A stretch of DNA of 58,472 nt from Octopus bimaculoides (taxonomy: Eukaryota): the NCBI RefSeq assembly GCF_001194135.2, contig NC_068981.1:148269747-148328218 (forward strand). The letters run 5' to 3'. The notes beneath the pieces were generated by a model. It was not told the origin of the DNA. It saw only the letters and a list, made by a program, of their open reading frames with translations, and made no database searches. The translations under genes and the position numbers were made by a program. Below, one piece after another: positions 22,470 to 35,323 of the stretch (position 1 is its first letter; each line of letters opens with the position of its first letter).

Positions 22470-23810
22470 GGAATTGGCAGTGACAATGGTAGGGGTTGTT
22501 GTGGTGATGATTGTATGATGGTAGAAGTGAGACTGAAGATGGTATGAGAATGATGAGGAGATGGAAGTGATGACTGTGGTGCTAGAGATGTTTGTAGTGG
22601 TGGTGGTAGTGGTGGTGGTGGTGGTGGTGGCAGCAGTGATGGTGGAAATGGTGATAATGACAGTGGTGGTGGTGATGGTGATGGTGACAGTGTTGGTAGT
22701 GGTAGTGGTGGTGGCGGGTGTAGTGGTGGTGTCGGGTGTAGTGGTGGTGGCGGGGGTAGNNNNNNNNNNNNNNNNNNNNNNNNNNNNNNNNNNNNNNNNN
22801 NNNNNNNNNNNNNNNNNNNNNNNNNNNNNNNNNNNNNNNNNNNNNNNNNNNNNNNNNNNNNNNNNNNNNNNNNNNNNNNNNNNNNNNNNNNNNNNNNNNN
22901 NNNNNNNNNNNNNNNNNNNNNNNNNNNNNNNNNNNNNNNNNNNNNNNNNNNNNNNNNNNNNNNNNNNNNNNNNNNNNNNNNNNNNNNNNNNNNNNNNNNN
23001 NNNNNNNNNNNNNNNNNNNNNNNNNNNNNNNNNNNNNNNNNNNNNNNNNNNNNNNNNNNNNNNNNNNNNNNNNNNNNNNNNNNNNNNNNNNNNNNNNNNN
23101 NNNNNNNNNNNNNNNNNNNNNNNNNNNNNNNNNNNNNNNNNNNNNNNNNNNNNNNNNNNNNNNNNNNNNNNNNNNNNNNNNNNNNNNNNNNNNNNNNNNN
23201 NNNNNNNNNNNNNNNNNNNNNNNNNNNNNNNNNNNNNNNNNNNNNNNNNNNNNNNNNNNNNNNNNNNNNNNNNNNNNNNNNNNNNNNNNNNNNNNNNNNN
23301 NNNNNNNNNNNNNNNNNNNNNNNNNNNNNNNNNNNNNNNNNNNNNNNNNNNNNNNNNNNNNNNNNNNNNNNNNNNNNNNNNNNNNNNNNNNNNNNNNNNN
23401 NNNNNNNNNNNNNNNNNNNNNNNNNNNNNNNNNNNNNNNNNNNNNNNNNNNNNNNNNNNNNNNNNNNNNNNNNNNNNNNNNNNNNNNNNNNNNNNNNNNN
23501 NNNNNNNNNNNNNNNNNNNNNNNNNNNNNNNNNNNNNNNNNNNNNNNNNNNNNNNNNNNNNNNNNNNNNNNNNNNNNNNNNNNNNNNNNNNNNNNNNNNN
23601 NNNNNNNNNNNNNNNNNNNNNNNNNNNNNNNNNNNNNNNNNNNNNNNNNNNNNNNGGTGGAGTGTGATAGTTGTGAGTGTGGTGGTGATAGTGGTGGTGG
23701 TGATAATGACAGTGGAGGTGGTGATGATGGCGGTGGTGATGGAGGTGGTGGTTTTTGTACTGATGGCATGGTGGTTGTAGTGGTAGTGTTGGTGGTGGTA
23801 GTGGTTGTAG

Positions 23811-23842
<32 letters not shown>

Positions 23843-24960
23843 ATAGTGGTGTTGGTGATAGTGACGGTGGTGGTGGTGATGGTGGTGGTCGTCGTACTGA
23901 TGACATGATGGTGACAGTGGTGGTGATGGTTGTAGTGGTGGTGGTAATGGTTGTAGTGGTGGTGGTGATGATGGAAGTGGAGTGTGATAATGGTGATGGT
24001 TGTAGTAATAGTGGTGGTAGTGCTAATGTTGGTGGTGGTGTTGGTCGTACTGCTGACATGGTGGTTGTAGTGGTGGTGATGACGATGGTGGTGGTGGTGG
24101 TGGTGGTGGCAGTGGTAGTGGAGTGTGATAGTGGTGATGGTGGTGACAGTGGTGGTAGTGGTGGTGGTAGTTGTACTGATGGCAAGGTGGTTGTAGTGGC
24201 AGTCATGATGGTGGTGACGGTGGTGGGGTGATAGTGGTGGTAGTTATAGTGTTGGTGGTAGTTGTTGTGGTGATAGTGGCACCAGTAGCTGTTGTAGTAG
24301 TAACTGTAATTATAGTGTACAAGGAGAGTAGTGGTAGTTGTAGTGACAGTGGTATGGCAATAGTGGTAGTAGGTGCTATAATGAAGGTATTGGTTGTGGC
24401 NNNNNNNNNNNNNNNNNNNNNNNNNNNNNNNNNNNNNNNNNNNNNNNNNNNNNNNNNNNNNNNNNNNNNNNNNNNNNNNNNNNNNNNNNNNNNNNNNNNN
24501 NNNNNNNNNNNNNNNNNNNNNNNNNNNNNNNNNNNNNNNNNNNNNNNNNNNNNNNNNNNNNNNNNNNNNNNNNNNNNNNNNNNNNNNNNNNNNNNNNNNN
24601 NNNNNNNNNNNNNNNNNNNNNNNNNNNNNNNNNNNNNNNNNNNNNNNNNNNNNNNNNNNAGTAGTAGTAGTAGTAGTAGTAGTAGAAGTTGTAACATTTA
24701 TGGTGATGATGATGGTTGTGGCTATGATAGTGGTTGTATGGGTGATATCTGTAGTAGTGATGATAATAGTGGTTGCACTGGTGATGATATTGATGATAGT
24801 GATGATGGTGGTGGTGATAATGGTGGTGATGTAGGTGGTGGTGATAGAGGTAGTGGTGATGGTGATAATTATGATGATGGTGGTCATGGTGATGGTGGTG
24901 GTGCTGGTGGTGGTGCTGGCGATCGTGGTGATATGGTGGTCATGGTAGTTTTAAAGATGG
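22470..24960. repeat. (GGT/GAT/GTA)n low-complexity block with large N gaps
   Basis: Directly visible. Confidence 0.92.
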
Positions 24961-25164
24961 TAACGTAGTAGCAGTCGAGGCAGTGTTAGTGTTAGTAACT
25001 GGAACCTTTCCCTTCACAAATTCTGACAGTTCTTTGCAAGTGAGAATGTGACATGTTGTTGTGTGTCAAATGCATCAAAGCATTGTTCCTGAGTTGGATC
25101 AGTGTGCATATGTCTGGCCCAAAAGGGTCAGTTACATCCAATCTGACTCTGATGTAGCAGGCAA

Positions 25165-25725
25165 CTGGAGACCATATAGCCTTTGGAGGTCCATTTAAGA
25201 TTTTGTTGTTAAAATTTATCTGCAACAAATTGGTTATACTTCTGCTGTACACTAAACATCCTAATTTTTTAATACAATTTTTTATAATATTTAATTACAA
25301 AAATATAGGCACCCATGCCAACGTCGTCTCCTTCATTGGACACAAAACTCAGCTTGCGAAAACCTGTTGGGGCAAGCGAAAGTGAAATCGTGATGTGCCC
25401 AGCATTGCTTTTCTGGCACTTGTGCTGGTGGCACATGTAAAGACATTCGAGCGAGATTGTTGCCAGTGCCCCTGCACTGGCTCTTGTGTGGGTGGCACAT
25501 AAAATACACCATTTTGTGCGTGGCCATTGCCAGTACCGCCTGACTGGCCTTCGTGCCGGTGGCACGTAAAAGCACCCACTACACTCTCGGAGTGGTTGGC
25601 ATTAGGAAAGGCACCCAGCTGTAGAAACTCTGCTAAATCAGATTGGAGCCTGGTGTAGCCATCTGGTTCACCAGTCCTCAGTCAAATCGTCCAACCCATG
25701 CTAGCATGGAAAGTGGACATTAAAC

Positions 25726-25763
<38 letters not shown>

Positions 25764-25822
25764 GATCCAAGTAAAGTAGGAATCAAATGGTTCCAGAGAT
25801 AAAAAAAATGGTTGAGAAACAC
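25165..25822. mobile_element. hAT (Charlie-like) MITE interrupted by an RTE tail at 25308-25761
   Basis: 25165-25307 and 25762-25822 align with the left and right parts of 27731-28059; right TIR GGTTGAGAAACACT. Confidence 0.7.
25308..25761 (+). mobile_element. RTE-related 3' UTR/tail insertion
   Basis: Aligns with 7578-8008; ends in (GAT)n. Confidence 0.88.
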
Positions 25823-26629
25823 TAATGTAGATCATGTGAAAGCCCTGGATGAAAGATGCTGGTCCACACCTGGTCAAAATGAAACCAAAGGAGACTGGTG
25901 GGAGTCTCAAGTCCCTCTGATATGCAAGTCAATCAGCAGAACTGGATGTAGGAGTAAAAAACCAATTAAGTTGTTTACTAGCTGATTCCCTCTGAAATTT
26001 CCCATAGGATAGCTGGTGCCAGCAGGAGAATGACATGTAGTTTCATTCAGTAAAACAGACAACTACAGGCCTTGGGGACATTGACTGCCTCAATCTATTC
26101 TCATACTCAAAACAGGTGAAAGGGACTGCTCCTTTCTCAATTGAAGGTGGCTGTTTTGCTGTGTAGGTGATGAATGCATGGTGCCAAGTGGACCACTTTT
26201 GGTAAACAGAACTAAAAGATTTTACTGCTGAATACACCATCATTCACTTAAAAATAACTGAGATGCTGACATTGGTAAATTGTCATTGACAAGAATGATT
26301 TACAAGTCATTTTAGTGCAATTAAAAATTATTCTAGGAAAAAGGGATTGTAAGTGTATGCAATGAAAGAGAAATAAGTATGTGCATCTGACCATGATGTG
26401 AGTTGTAATGATCTATTCAGTGAGGAAGGGAGTTTATTCATGATATTGCTTGTTTCTCTTATCTGCAGTTTAGTTATTTTTAAACAGCATGTTACATTGT
26501 ATTTGGTGGATAAAGGTTTTGTCACTTTGTAATGGTATCTGTAGCTAATCTCACAGTAAAATAAGTTGACTAAAGAGCAGGCCATAATGTGATTATATAG
26601 AGTAGTAAACATTAGTTAAGTTTAATTCT

Positions 26630-27570
26630 TAAGCTGAGTCCTTAGAGTCTAATCCATCGAATTTAGTCCATTGAATGAAGTCCATTGATTTTGGTCCATT
26701 AAATCTAGTTCATTGAGTGTAGTCCATTGAGTGTAGTCCATTGAGTGTAGTCCATTGAGTGTAGTCTATTGAGTGTAATCCATTAACTTTAGTTCATTCA
26801 CTCTGGTCCTTTGAATCTAGTCCATTGAATCAAAGCCACTGAGCCTAGTCCTTTGAATCTAGCCCATTGAATTTAGTCCTTTAAGTGTAGTCTATTGAAT
26901 CTACTACATTGAATCTACTACATTGAATCTACTACATTGAATCTACTACATTGAATCTACTACATTGAATCTACTACATTGAATCTACTACATTGAATCT
27001 ACTACATTGAATCTACTACATTGAATCTACTACATTGAATCTACTACATTGAATCTACTACATTGAATCTACTACATCTTTTGTGTCTAGTCCAATGAGT
27101 TTACTCTCTTGAGTCTAGTCCAATGAGTTTAGTTCATCTTGTCTTTGAGTTTAGTCCATTGAGTTTAGTCCCTTCACTTTAGTTTGGCCCACTCACTTTA
27201 GTGCCTTTAGTCTAATTCAATGAGTTTAGTCAATTGATACTTCCTTGAATCTTGTACCTTGAATCTAGTCTTTCAGTGTAGCCACTATTGTGTAGTCCAT
27301 TGTGTTGAATCAATTGATTTGAGTCCATTAAGTCTAGACCACTAAGTTTAGTCTGTTGAGTCTATCCAATGAATATGATTCCTGAAATCTAGTTCAATGA
27401 ATCTTGTTCATTGTATCTAATCCAATGAGTCTAATCAACTGAATGTAGTCTATTTATTCTATTCCACTGGGTGTTGTCTATTTATATTATTTCATTGACT
27501 CTATTCCAATAAGTTTTGACTCTTGAGTATAGACCAATGAATCTAATCCATTGAATCAGTTCTATTGAAG
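26630..27570 (+). repeat. Degenerate 14-bp minisatellite with a perfect core array
   Basis: GAATCTACTACATT x12 perfect plus a 13th near-perfect unit at 26897-27077; flanks built of AGTCCATTGA(A/G)T(C/G)T variants. Confidence 0.92.
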
Positions 27571-27730
27571 TTAATACTGATAGAATACCAATAATCGTTT
27601 TATTAATCCTGAAGAGTTGATAGTAACTTGATGCTGGATACCACAAGTCCCTGGGTTTGGTGTAGCAGTATTTCTTCCAATGTAATTCCCTCAAAGATAA
27701 GCATACTTATTGCTCTGTTTTCAAGTAGAT

Positions 27731-28059
27731 CAGTTGTTCTCAACTTGGGCCCATATGACCCTTGGTAGGTCTATATGGCCCTTGGGGGTTTATATAGCCC
27801 TTGGAAGTCTTTATGGCTCTTGGAGGTCTATATGGCCCTTGGAGGTCCATTTAAGATTTTGTTGTTAAAATTTATCTGCAATAAATTGGTTATACATCTA
27901 CAAAACACAAAATATTTTTTTACAATTTTTTTTAATACAAGTCTTAATGATATTTAATTATAAAAATACAATATGATATTTTAAACACTGAAAGGCCATC
28001 CATCCAAGTAGAATAGGAATCAAAGGGTTCCATAGGTAAAAAATGGTTGAGAAACACTT
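27731..28059. mobile_element. hAT (Charlie-like) MITE
   Basis: TIRs CAGTTGTTCTCAAC / GTTGAGAAACACTT; 8-bp flanks AAGTAGAT (27723-27730) and ATGTAGAT (28060-28067); internal 19-bp tandem x5. Confidence 0.8.
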
Positions 28060-28212
28060 ATGTAGATCATGTCAGCCATCACAAAACTGATGGAACGAAG
28101 AAGATATTTGGCCAAATGACCAAAGGAATTAATCAATCCATGTTCCACCTGGTTTGACTTGTGCTTAATTTGGATGTGGTGCAGTAGATTCTATTCTTTT
28201 ATCAATTTTTCT

Positions 28213-28712
28213 TTTACTTGTTCCAGTCATTCGGATTGCAGACATGCTGGAGCACTGTCTTAAAGGGTTCTAGTTGAAGAAATCGATCCCGGGACTTATT
28301 ATTTGTAAGTCTAGTATTTATTCTATAGGTCTCTTTTGCTGAACTGTTAAGTTACAGGTACATAAACATGCCAACATTAGTTGTCAAGTGATGACAGGAG
28401 TGAGGGGAACAAACACAGATACACACACACACACACACATAAATATATACAACCATACACATGCACACACACACATAAATATATACAACCATACACATGC
28501 ACACACACACATAAATATATACAACCATACACACACACAGATAGATAAATACAATGAGTTCTTTCAGTTTCTGTCTACCAAACCCACTCACAAGGCTTTG
28601 GTTGACCCAAGATTATAGTAAAAGACACTTGTGCAAGGTGCCATTCAGTGGGACTGAACTCGGGACCATGTGGTTGGGAAGCAAGCTTCTTACCACCCAC
28701 GCAGCCACACCT
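28213..28712 (-). mobile_element. Full-length SINE family A
   Basis: Aligns end to end with 16609-16985; 36-bp triplication inside its microsatellite. Confidence 0.85.
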
Positions 28713-29159
28713 ATTTGCAGCTCATGTATTCAGCTATAGATTTCTCTGATGAACCATTATCAACTGACTGCTATTCCAGTCATAACTATTCCATCTTCTT
28801 TTCTGGGATACTATATTCAAAACAGCTATATTCAACCATTTTAAAGACAGTTAGAGGAAGTTTCAGTGAGTTTCAGCTGATATTTCTTGTTGGCTGGGTA
28901 ACCGCATTGTGGCTTGTTCATTGATTCAAGAAACATAAATATCAATGAATTTCATACTTGTTCGCAATGCACATGACATATTGAATAAGTGACCTGCTAA
29001 ATGTCTGCAATGGGTTACTATTAAGTTAGATCATGTAAACCCCTGTACTTTATTCATTCTAGTGGTTTTTCTCTATTCATCAGAAGTTGTCAAGCATGAA
29101 CTACAGGTATGTGTTGTGTTGATTAATTCTGTATTGATCGATTGATTAAGTATGTGTAA

Positions 29160-29203
29160 AATATGTGTACAGGAGATCAGTTGATAAATATATATGTGTA
29201 TGT

Positions 29204-29251
<48 letters not shown>

Positions 29252-29457
29252 ATGTATGTATGTATGTATGTATANNNNNNNNNNNNNNNNNNNNNNNNNN
29301 NNNNNNNNNNNNNNNNNNNNNNNNNNNNNNNNNNNNNNNNNNNNNNNNNNNNNNNNNNNNNNNNNNNNNNNNNNNNNNNNNNNNNNNNNNNNNNNNNNNN
29401 NNNNNNNNNNNNNNNNNNNNNNNNNNNNNNNNNNNNNNNNNNNNNNNNNNNNNNNNN

Positions 29458-29489
<32 letters not shown>

Positions 29490-29771
29490 CACATACATAT
29501 ATATGTATGTATATATATATATATGTATGTATATGGATATGTATATATATATATATATACTTACATATATGTATATGTATGTGTGTATGTGTGTGTGTGT
29601 GTATGTATATATATATATATATATAAATACATACATACATATACACATATACATACATATATATATGTATGTATACATATATATATATATTATATGTGTA
29701 TGTATGTGCATGTGGTGTGTGCATGTGTATATATATATATCTACGCATACATGCACACACACATATATACA

Positions 29772-29807
<36 letters not shown>

Positions 29808-29980
29808 CATACATACATATACATATATATACACACATACATACATATACATACATATATATATAAATATATATATACATACATATACATATACATACAT
29901 ATATATTCATACATACATATATTATATGAGTATGTGTGTGCATGTGTAAATATATATACACATACACACACACGTGTATA
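29160..29980. repeat. Compound TA/TG/TACA microsatellite with N gap
   Basis: Directly visible. Confidence 0.95.
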
Positions 29981-30210
29981 ACTGACAGAGAGAAAGAAAG
30001 AGACAGTAACGAGAAAGACAGACACATACACTTAGATCCACCCCCATCTCACCCCCCACATGCACATACTTTATTTTATTGTTTGTGTTTATAATCTGTC
30101 TTTTATATTTGTTTTTCTTTTCTTTTTATTTTATGAAAATTGTTTATTGAGTTTCTTTTCTTTTTTTCTTTTTCTTTCTGTCTAACTTTCTCATACCTTC
30201 TCTTTCTCGC

Positions 30211-30242
<32 letters not shown>

Positions 30243-31139
30243 TTCCACTTTTTGTTTTCAGTTCTCTACAGCTTAATTAATATATCTGTACTTCTAAAAC
30301 TTTGATAAATATTGCAGTTCATTCATAAAACTATTTTAGATGAAAAATTAAAAACAAACAAACAAACAAACAAACAAACAAACAAACAACCCCATTAGTT
30401 TTTAGTTATTAATTTAGAACCTACTCCCCTCCCTTCTGATTTCCCTCTATCTCTTCTCTCTTTCTCTCTCCTCTCTTATTCTTACTCTCTTTTTCTCCTC
30501 TCTCCTCTCATTCTCCACATCATTATTACTTTAAAAGTTGTTTTTTTTGCCTTGTAGAAATTGGTTGGCTAGTTCTGAAATACAGCAACTCCAAAAATTG
30601 TTGTTGTTGTTGTTGTTGTTGTTTGGCCTCAGATCTGACTTGATCGATCAAGCAGATCTACGATCAAAGATCTTCCAACCATAACCATCCCATGTAGGCC
30701 ACTGAGTCTAGACTGTAATGAATACAATGCCTCATGGTCCAACATGTCCTTCTTTTTTTAAGACAATAGGATGTGACTTTTAGGGTCTTTTTATGTCTCT
30801 TTCTGGGATAGTACATAGCCAAATGGTTAGGCAACTGAACTCCCAATTATATGATTGTGTGTTCAGTTCCTGGTCCTGTAGGAGCATTGTCTCCTCACTT
30901 AACTCTACATTAATCTAGCCTACTCATCTGGCAAAAATGAGCATTAAAGACTAGAAAAATACCCAGTAGAGTACTCAGTCATTATGGTTGCATTAATGCA
31001 CCAGTGCTACTACCAAAAACTTTCATACATGAAGATACATCTAGGAGTGGACTACTATATCCTATCTCAACACTTTATTTTTTTATATCTATTTCTAGTA
31101 AGTTGAGTGACCCTATAGGGGTTTGCACCTCGGCTTATA

Positions 31140-31340
31140 CTCCACACGTTTTTAAATCCCACGAAATGTTGTCTTACTTATGAAATCTTAACATTCTCAA
31201 TTCTGATGTAATTACTTTATCCCAAGTCTTCTCTGATCTATTTTTATGATGGCTGTATTCTGCTTTCAACATAGAGCATTTCTTTCATTCAGCATACTCC
31301 ATTTTCGACATTGCATCTTCTGTGTACTCTGTCATAATCA
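31140..31340 (-). mobile_element. Heavily degraded RTE RT C-terminal fragment
   Basis: Reverse complement gives KKCSMLKAE...RSEKTWDKVI..ELRML, like the KKCHPSS...RPKKT.DEVVKHDFRTL region of the copy at about 9180-9285. Confidence 0.45.
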
Positions 31341-31904
31341 ACTTATGTTCTCTATACATTAGTTGATACCTTTCTGGTCTAACCATGTCTTCATCTCAGC
31401 TTTTCTCATAAATGAACTGTTCATAAGTTGTTTTTTAACCTGTCAGAAAATCCATTTCAAATTGCACCCTATCTTACTGAAAAAGACCAGGAGTACAGAA
31501 TCATTGGTCTTGGTATATGATATTAATAGTTTGATGTATAGGGATGTATAAGAGTGTAGAATCTTTGGAAATCGTCAGGAGATAACTAAGATAATGTAGT
31601 TCTAGAGAAGACTGATAAAAATGTTGTTGCTGGAATACCTTTGAAAGGTGTTGCTCCAGTGTCTGCTTTTGTATGGTTTCTACGGCTGGATGCTCTTCCT
31701 AACATCAAACATTTTACAGTGTGTTCTGTGTGCTTTTTTTTATGTCACTGGTACTATTGAGGTTACCAAGTAACTCACAAGTCAACAAACCCAGTGGGTG
31801 GAGGAATATTTGTCAATGAAATATTCTTAGTTATGAAAATATATGAAAATTAATATTAGTGTGGTCATTATGAATGTAACATGTAACTCACCATATAGAG
31901 GTAA

Positions 31905-32197
31905 GAGACCAGCATCGGTTGTCAAGCGATGTTGGGGGGACAAACACACATACATATATATATATACATATACACAACGGACTTCTTTTCAGTTTCCGTC
32001 TACCAAATCCACTCACAAGGCTTTGGTCAGCCCGAGGCTATAGTAGAAGACACTTGCCCAAGGTGCCACACAGTGGGACTGAACCCAGAACCATGTGGTT
32101 GGTAAGCAAGCTACTTACCACACAGCCACTCCTGCGCCTATACTTACCACACAACCACTCCTGCGCCTATACTTACCACACAGCCACTCCTGTGCCT
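31905..32197 (-). mobile_element. SINE family A, 5' half with triplicated head end
   Basis: Matches family A; 29-bp unit x3 at 32112-32197. Confidence 0.85.
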
Positions 32198-33151
32198 GTC
32201 AAAATTAGTGTGCATCTAACATACATGTGTGTCTTCTTTGCCATGAGAAATGGTATATAACCTCAGGAGATACCACAGACGATAGGTATAGAAAATGGTA
32301 CTCATGGATGCAGGTGTGGTAAGAAGCTTGCTTCCCAGCTACATGGTTCTGAGTAAGGTGCCACCATGTGGCACCTTAGGCAAATGTCTTCTACTATAGC
32401 CTCAAACTGACAACCACCAGCACCACCAACGACAGTTCTTTCCAATTTAAGCACAAAACCAGCAATTTTCTGAAAAGAAGGTTAGTCAATACCATTGACC
32501 CTCGTACTTTATTGGTACTTTATTTCATTGACTTTGGAGGAATGAAAGGTAAGGTGACCTTGGTGGGATTTGAACTCAGAACATAAAGATTTAGAACAAA
32601 TATGGCAAGGTATTTTTCTAGTGCTCTAATGATTCTGCCAACTTGCCACCTTTAAAAACTGCTTTTAATTTAGGCCCAAGGCTGGCAGTCTTGAAGGGAA
32701 GGAGTTAGTCAGTTACATGACCTTCAGGACTCAATTGATACATTTATTTTATCAACCCCAGAAGGATGAAATGTAAAACTGAACTGAAAATGTAAAGAGC
32801 TGGAGTAAATACAGCAAAGCAATTTGTTTTTCTAACACTTTTAACAATTCTGCCAATCCACTGTTCTTGATAATGATGATGATAATGATGATGATGATGA
32901 TGACAATTATGATGCAGATAATGATGATGCAGATAATGATGATGTAGATAATGGCATTAATGATGTTATTGTTTGGACTTGTTTTTTCTCTGTAATCTTA
33001 AGAGATATATTTCTAAACTTAACTGATGAAAAATTAATGTTTATTCTTCAAATAAAGAGATGTTTCCTAAATGGTTTTATGTTAGAGAACAACTGTTCTG
33101 CACTTCCTCCCAGATGACATTAAAAAACATAAAGTGAATATAATATACAAA

Positions 33152-33207
<56 letters not shown>

Positions 33208-34081
33208 AAACAGTGCTATTAAGTTTTAAAACACTAACAAACATTTGTGCTTTTGTTAAACCTCTTTGGGCCTTTATGAAAATAAGTAGAAACTTATCAG
33301 TTCAATCAGCTAATAATTTGATTGTGGAAAACTGTGCCAGTTTTTCTAAGATTCTTGTTTGTCATTCAATATCTTTTTATCTATAAATCTTTCTTCCTTA
33401 TTTTTTTTACTTTTAAAAATTCTATTTCTCCATTTGTTCACTTCTAGCTCATTCCATCTGTCCAGATGTTTATTCATTTAAACTACTTTAAAAAATAGCA
33501 ACTACTTTTATAACTTATGTTTTTAGTAATCCAGTAATCTATAGATATGACCATCTGATAAAAACATGTTTTAATAGTCTGAGTTATCTGTGTTTTCTTC
33601 CTGGCTGAAGTTTTCTTAAGATGACCTCAACTAATTTCAAGAAATTTATCTCAACCTTCTCCACAAACTACAAAGACAAGTCTACACCAAGCAGACGGAT
33701 TGATAACATTTCTGCACACTCTGCAAGAAATATATACAATTTTACAATATTTTCATCTGCAAAAAATCTGATAAATATAGTAGAAAACAAATTGCTGTTG
33801 TTTTCTTTCTATTTTTTTTTTCATGCAGTTGTATAAGTTTAAAATATTCTGGCATTTGTGTTTGTTCTTTGTTTTATATATTGTAAAAACATATTTCATT
33901 ACTTCCATAACACTCAGTCAAATTGCACTAACCAGTATACAATCTAGTAAATTTACTTTGTTCTACTATCGTCTCTACTACAAAAAGTACATTAAAATCT
34001 ATGTTTTCCCTAATGAGGTCATATAAAAATTCAAAACGTCTGGAATTGTCTCCCTTACTTTCTGAAATAATTAAAATAATG

Positions 34082-34353
34082 TTTCATTTTTGTATCTGGT
34101 TTGCAAGATTCTATATGTGGATTTGTGTGTTGAAGCAAATTATGTTGGGTCTGGGGAGAGTCATATTGTCTTAATGCTTTATTATCTAACACCCTCTCTG
34201 GTTCGATTTCCACTCATTTATTTTTTATATTTTTTCTTTCAAACATTGCTTTGCTTTTGCAAAAAAAATATAAATAATAAATGAGTGGAAATCGAACCAG
34301 TGTGTTAGATAATAAGGCATTAAAACAATATGACTTTCCCCAGGCACAACATA
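34082..34353. mobile_element. Fold-back repeat family F, copy 1 (leader plus arms of about 93 bp)
   Basis: 34141-34235 pairs with 34261-34353; the leader is homologous to 43409-43468. Confidence 0.8.
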
Positions 34354-35284
34354 CAATAATATTGATTTAAAATTTTTGGCATAAGGCCAGCAAGTACTTA
34401 ACTGGCGCTTATTTTATTGATCCCAAAAGGACAAAAGACAGTTGATCTAGGTGGAATTTCAACTCAGAACTTAAAGATGGACAAAATGTCACTAAGCAAT
34501 TTTCCTGGTGTGTTAACAATTCTGCCAGCTTGCTGCCTTTAATGATTAAAATAATATTAATCTTTGATTTATGTTGTCTTTTCCTCATTGCATAACTATC
34601 TTTAGTTAAGTTTATTTTTAAACTTCTTGAATTAAATATGATAACACTAATGTAACAGTTTTTATTTCTACTTGGTGTTTCAATGCTTTTGGCATTATAT
34701 ATTTAAAACTTAACTGTGAGTTTCTAATAATTTAACTAATATAGAACAGTTTGTGGTTTCTGCATGTTTATCTTTATATTTTCAACTCTATGTTTTGATA
34801 AGTATAATCCTTTGTGATAAAAAAGGCTCATGAAATTTAAACTCAGACTCATTAAGCATTAAGAAAATGCAAAAAAGAAAAACAATCCTTTCCTGCATCT
34901 GAATTATCTTAGATGATATGACTCAGTAACTACATACACTGAAGAATTTAGAAATGAATATGTCCAGATATAAAATGAAATATCATCAGTGGGAATGAAC
35001 TCACAACTCATGAGTTGGTAGCCATGTATTTTATCTACTCAGTCATTTCATTTGTACAACCAGAGATAAATAGGAATAATTTAGCTCAGTTATATTCCCA
35101 TAAAACATCTTCAATCAAAAACATTTTTATAGGCTTAGGAATGGTTGTATGATTAAAGAGATTGCTTTTCAACTACGTGGTTTCAAGTTCAGTCCCACTA
35201 CCTGGCATCTTAGGTGAGTGTCTTCTACTATAGCACTAGGATTGACCAGTACCTTGTGAGTGAATTTGGTAAACAGAAACTGTG

Positions 35285-35323
<39 letters not shown>

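Noticed and set aside
22425-24887. 820-aa mucin-like T/P/H-rich ORF and overlapping ORFs
   Set aside because: Built from (GGT/GAT)n low complexity and held open by long N runs; all frames are similarly open.
26897-27077. CRISPR-like appearance of regular arrays (also the 35-bp and 151-bp arrays)
   Set aside because: No unique spacers, no cas genes, eukaryotic context.
29073-30031. Long Y/I/C/V/H/T ORFs here and in other microsatellites (5.0-7.2, 13.4-13.9, 18.9-20.4, 42.3-43.3, 51.6-51.9 kb)
   Set aside because: Translations of TA/TG/CA repeats that lack stops by composition.
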